Of a stretch of DNA of 64,000 nucleotides, positions 63,931-64,000 are shown piece by piece. Every line of letters starts with the position of its first letter. Position 1 is the stretch's first letter. Source of the stretch: Negaprion brevirostris (taxonomy: Eukaryota); contig JARDVH010000121.1 of the NCBI GenBank assembly GCA_030324005.1, positions 65,237,835-65,301,834 on the forward strand, in the 5' to 3' direction. Position numbers and translations under genes: made by a program. Under the pieces are notes generated by a model. The model worked only from the letters and a program-made list of their open reading frames with translations, ran no database searches and was not told the DNA's origin.

Positions 63931-64000
63931 GTCCTAGCTAGAGTAATTTTTGCAGGGAAAAATAAAGAGAAGGGCAAATAAACCGAAGATTGAAAATTAC

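Overview
Cartilaginous-fish (shark) genomic DNA with many N gaps; the taxon is inferred from HE1-type SINEs and HER1/CR1 LINEs. Most of the window is the 3' part of a minus-strand DIDO1 (death-inducer obliterator 1) or DIDO1-like gene. Nine phase-consistent GT-AG coding exons (49357 to 7715) encode a low-complexity linker, the TFIIS-central domain and the SPOC domain. These are followed by a DIDO2-type read-through tail and a candidate 3' UTR ending near 5950. The PHD-containing 5' exons and the large DIDO3 terminal exon are not seen in the window. Introns are filled with degenerate transposons: CR1/HER1, L2, RTE and Rex1 LINEs, several SINE families, MITEs, a deleted sense-oriented Gypsy LTR element, and Penelope-like elements carrying minimal hammerhead ribozyme motifs. 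Notable items are a captured partial copy of a SPOC exon inside a CR1 fragment, an LTR poly(A) signal just upstream of a DIDO splice acceptor, and possible convergent plus-strand exons at the left end. Nothing seen is clearly a new biological system. Repeat boundaries and family names were assigned by eye and are approximate.
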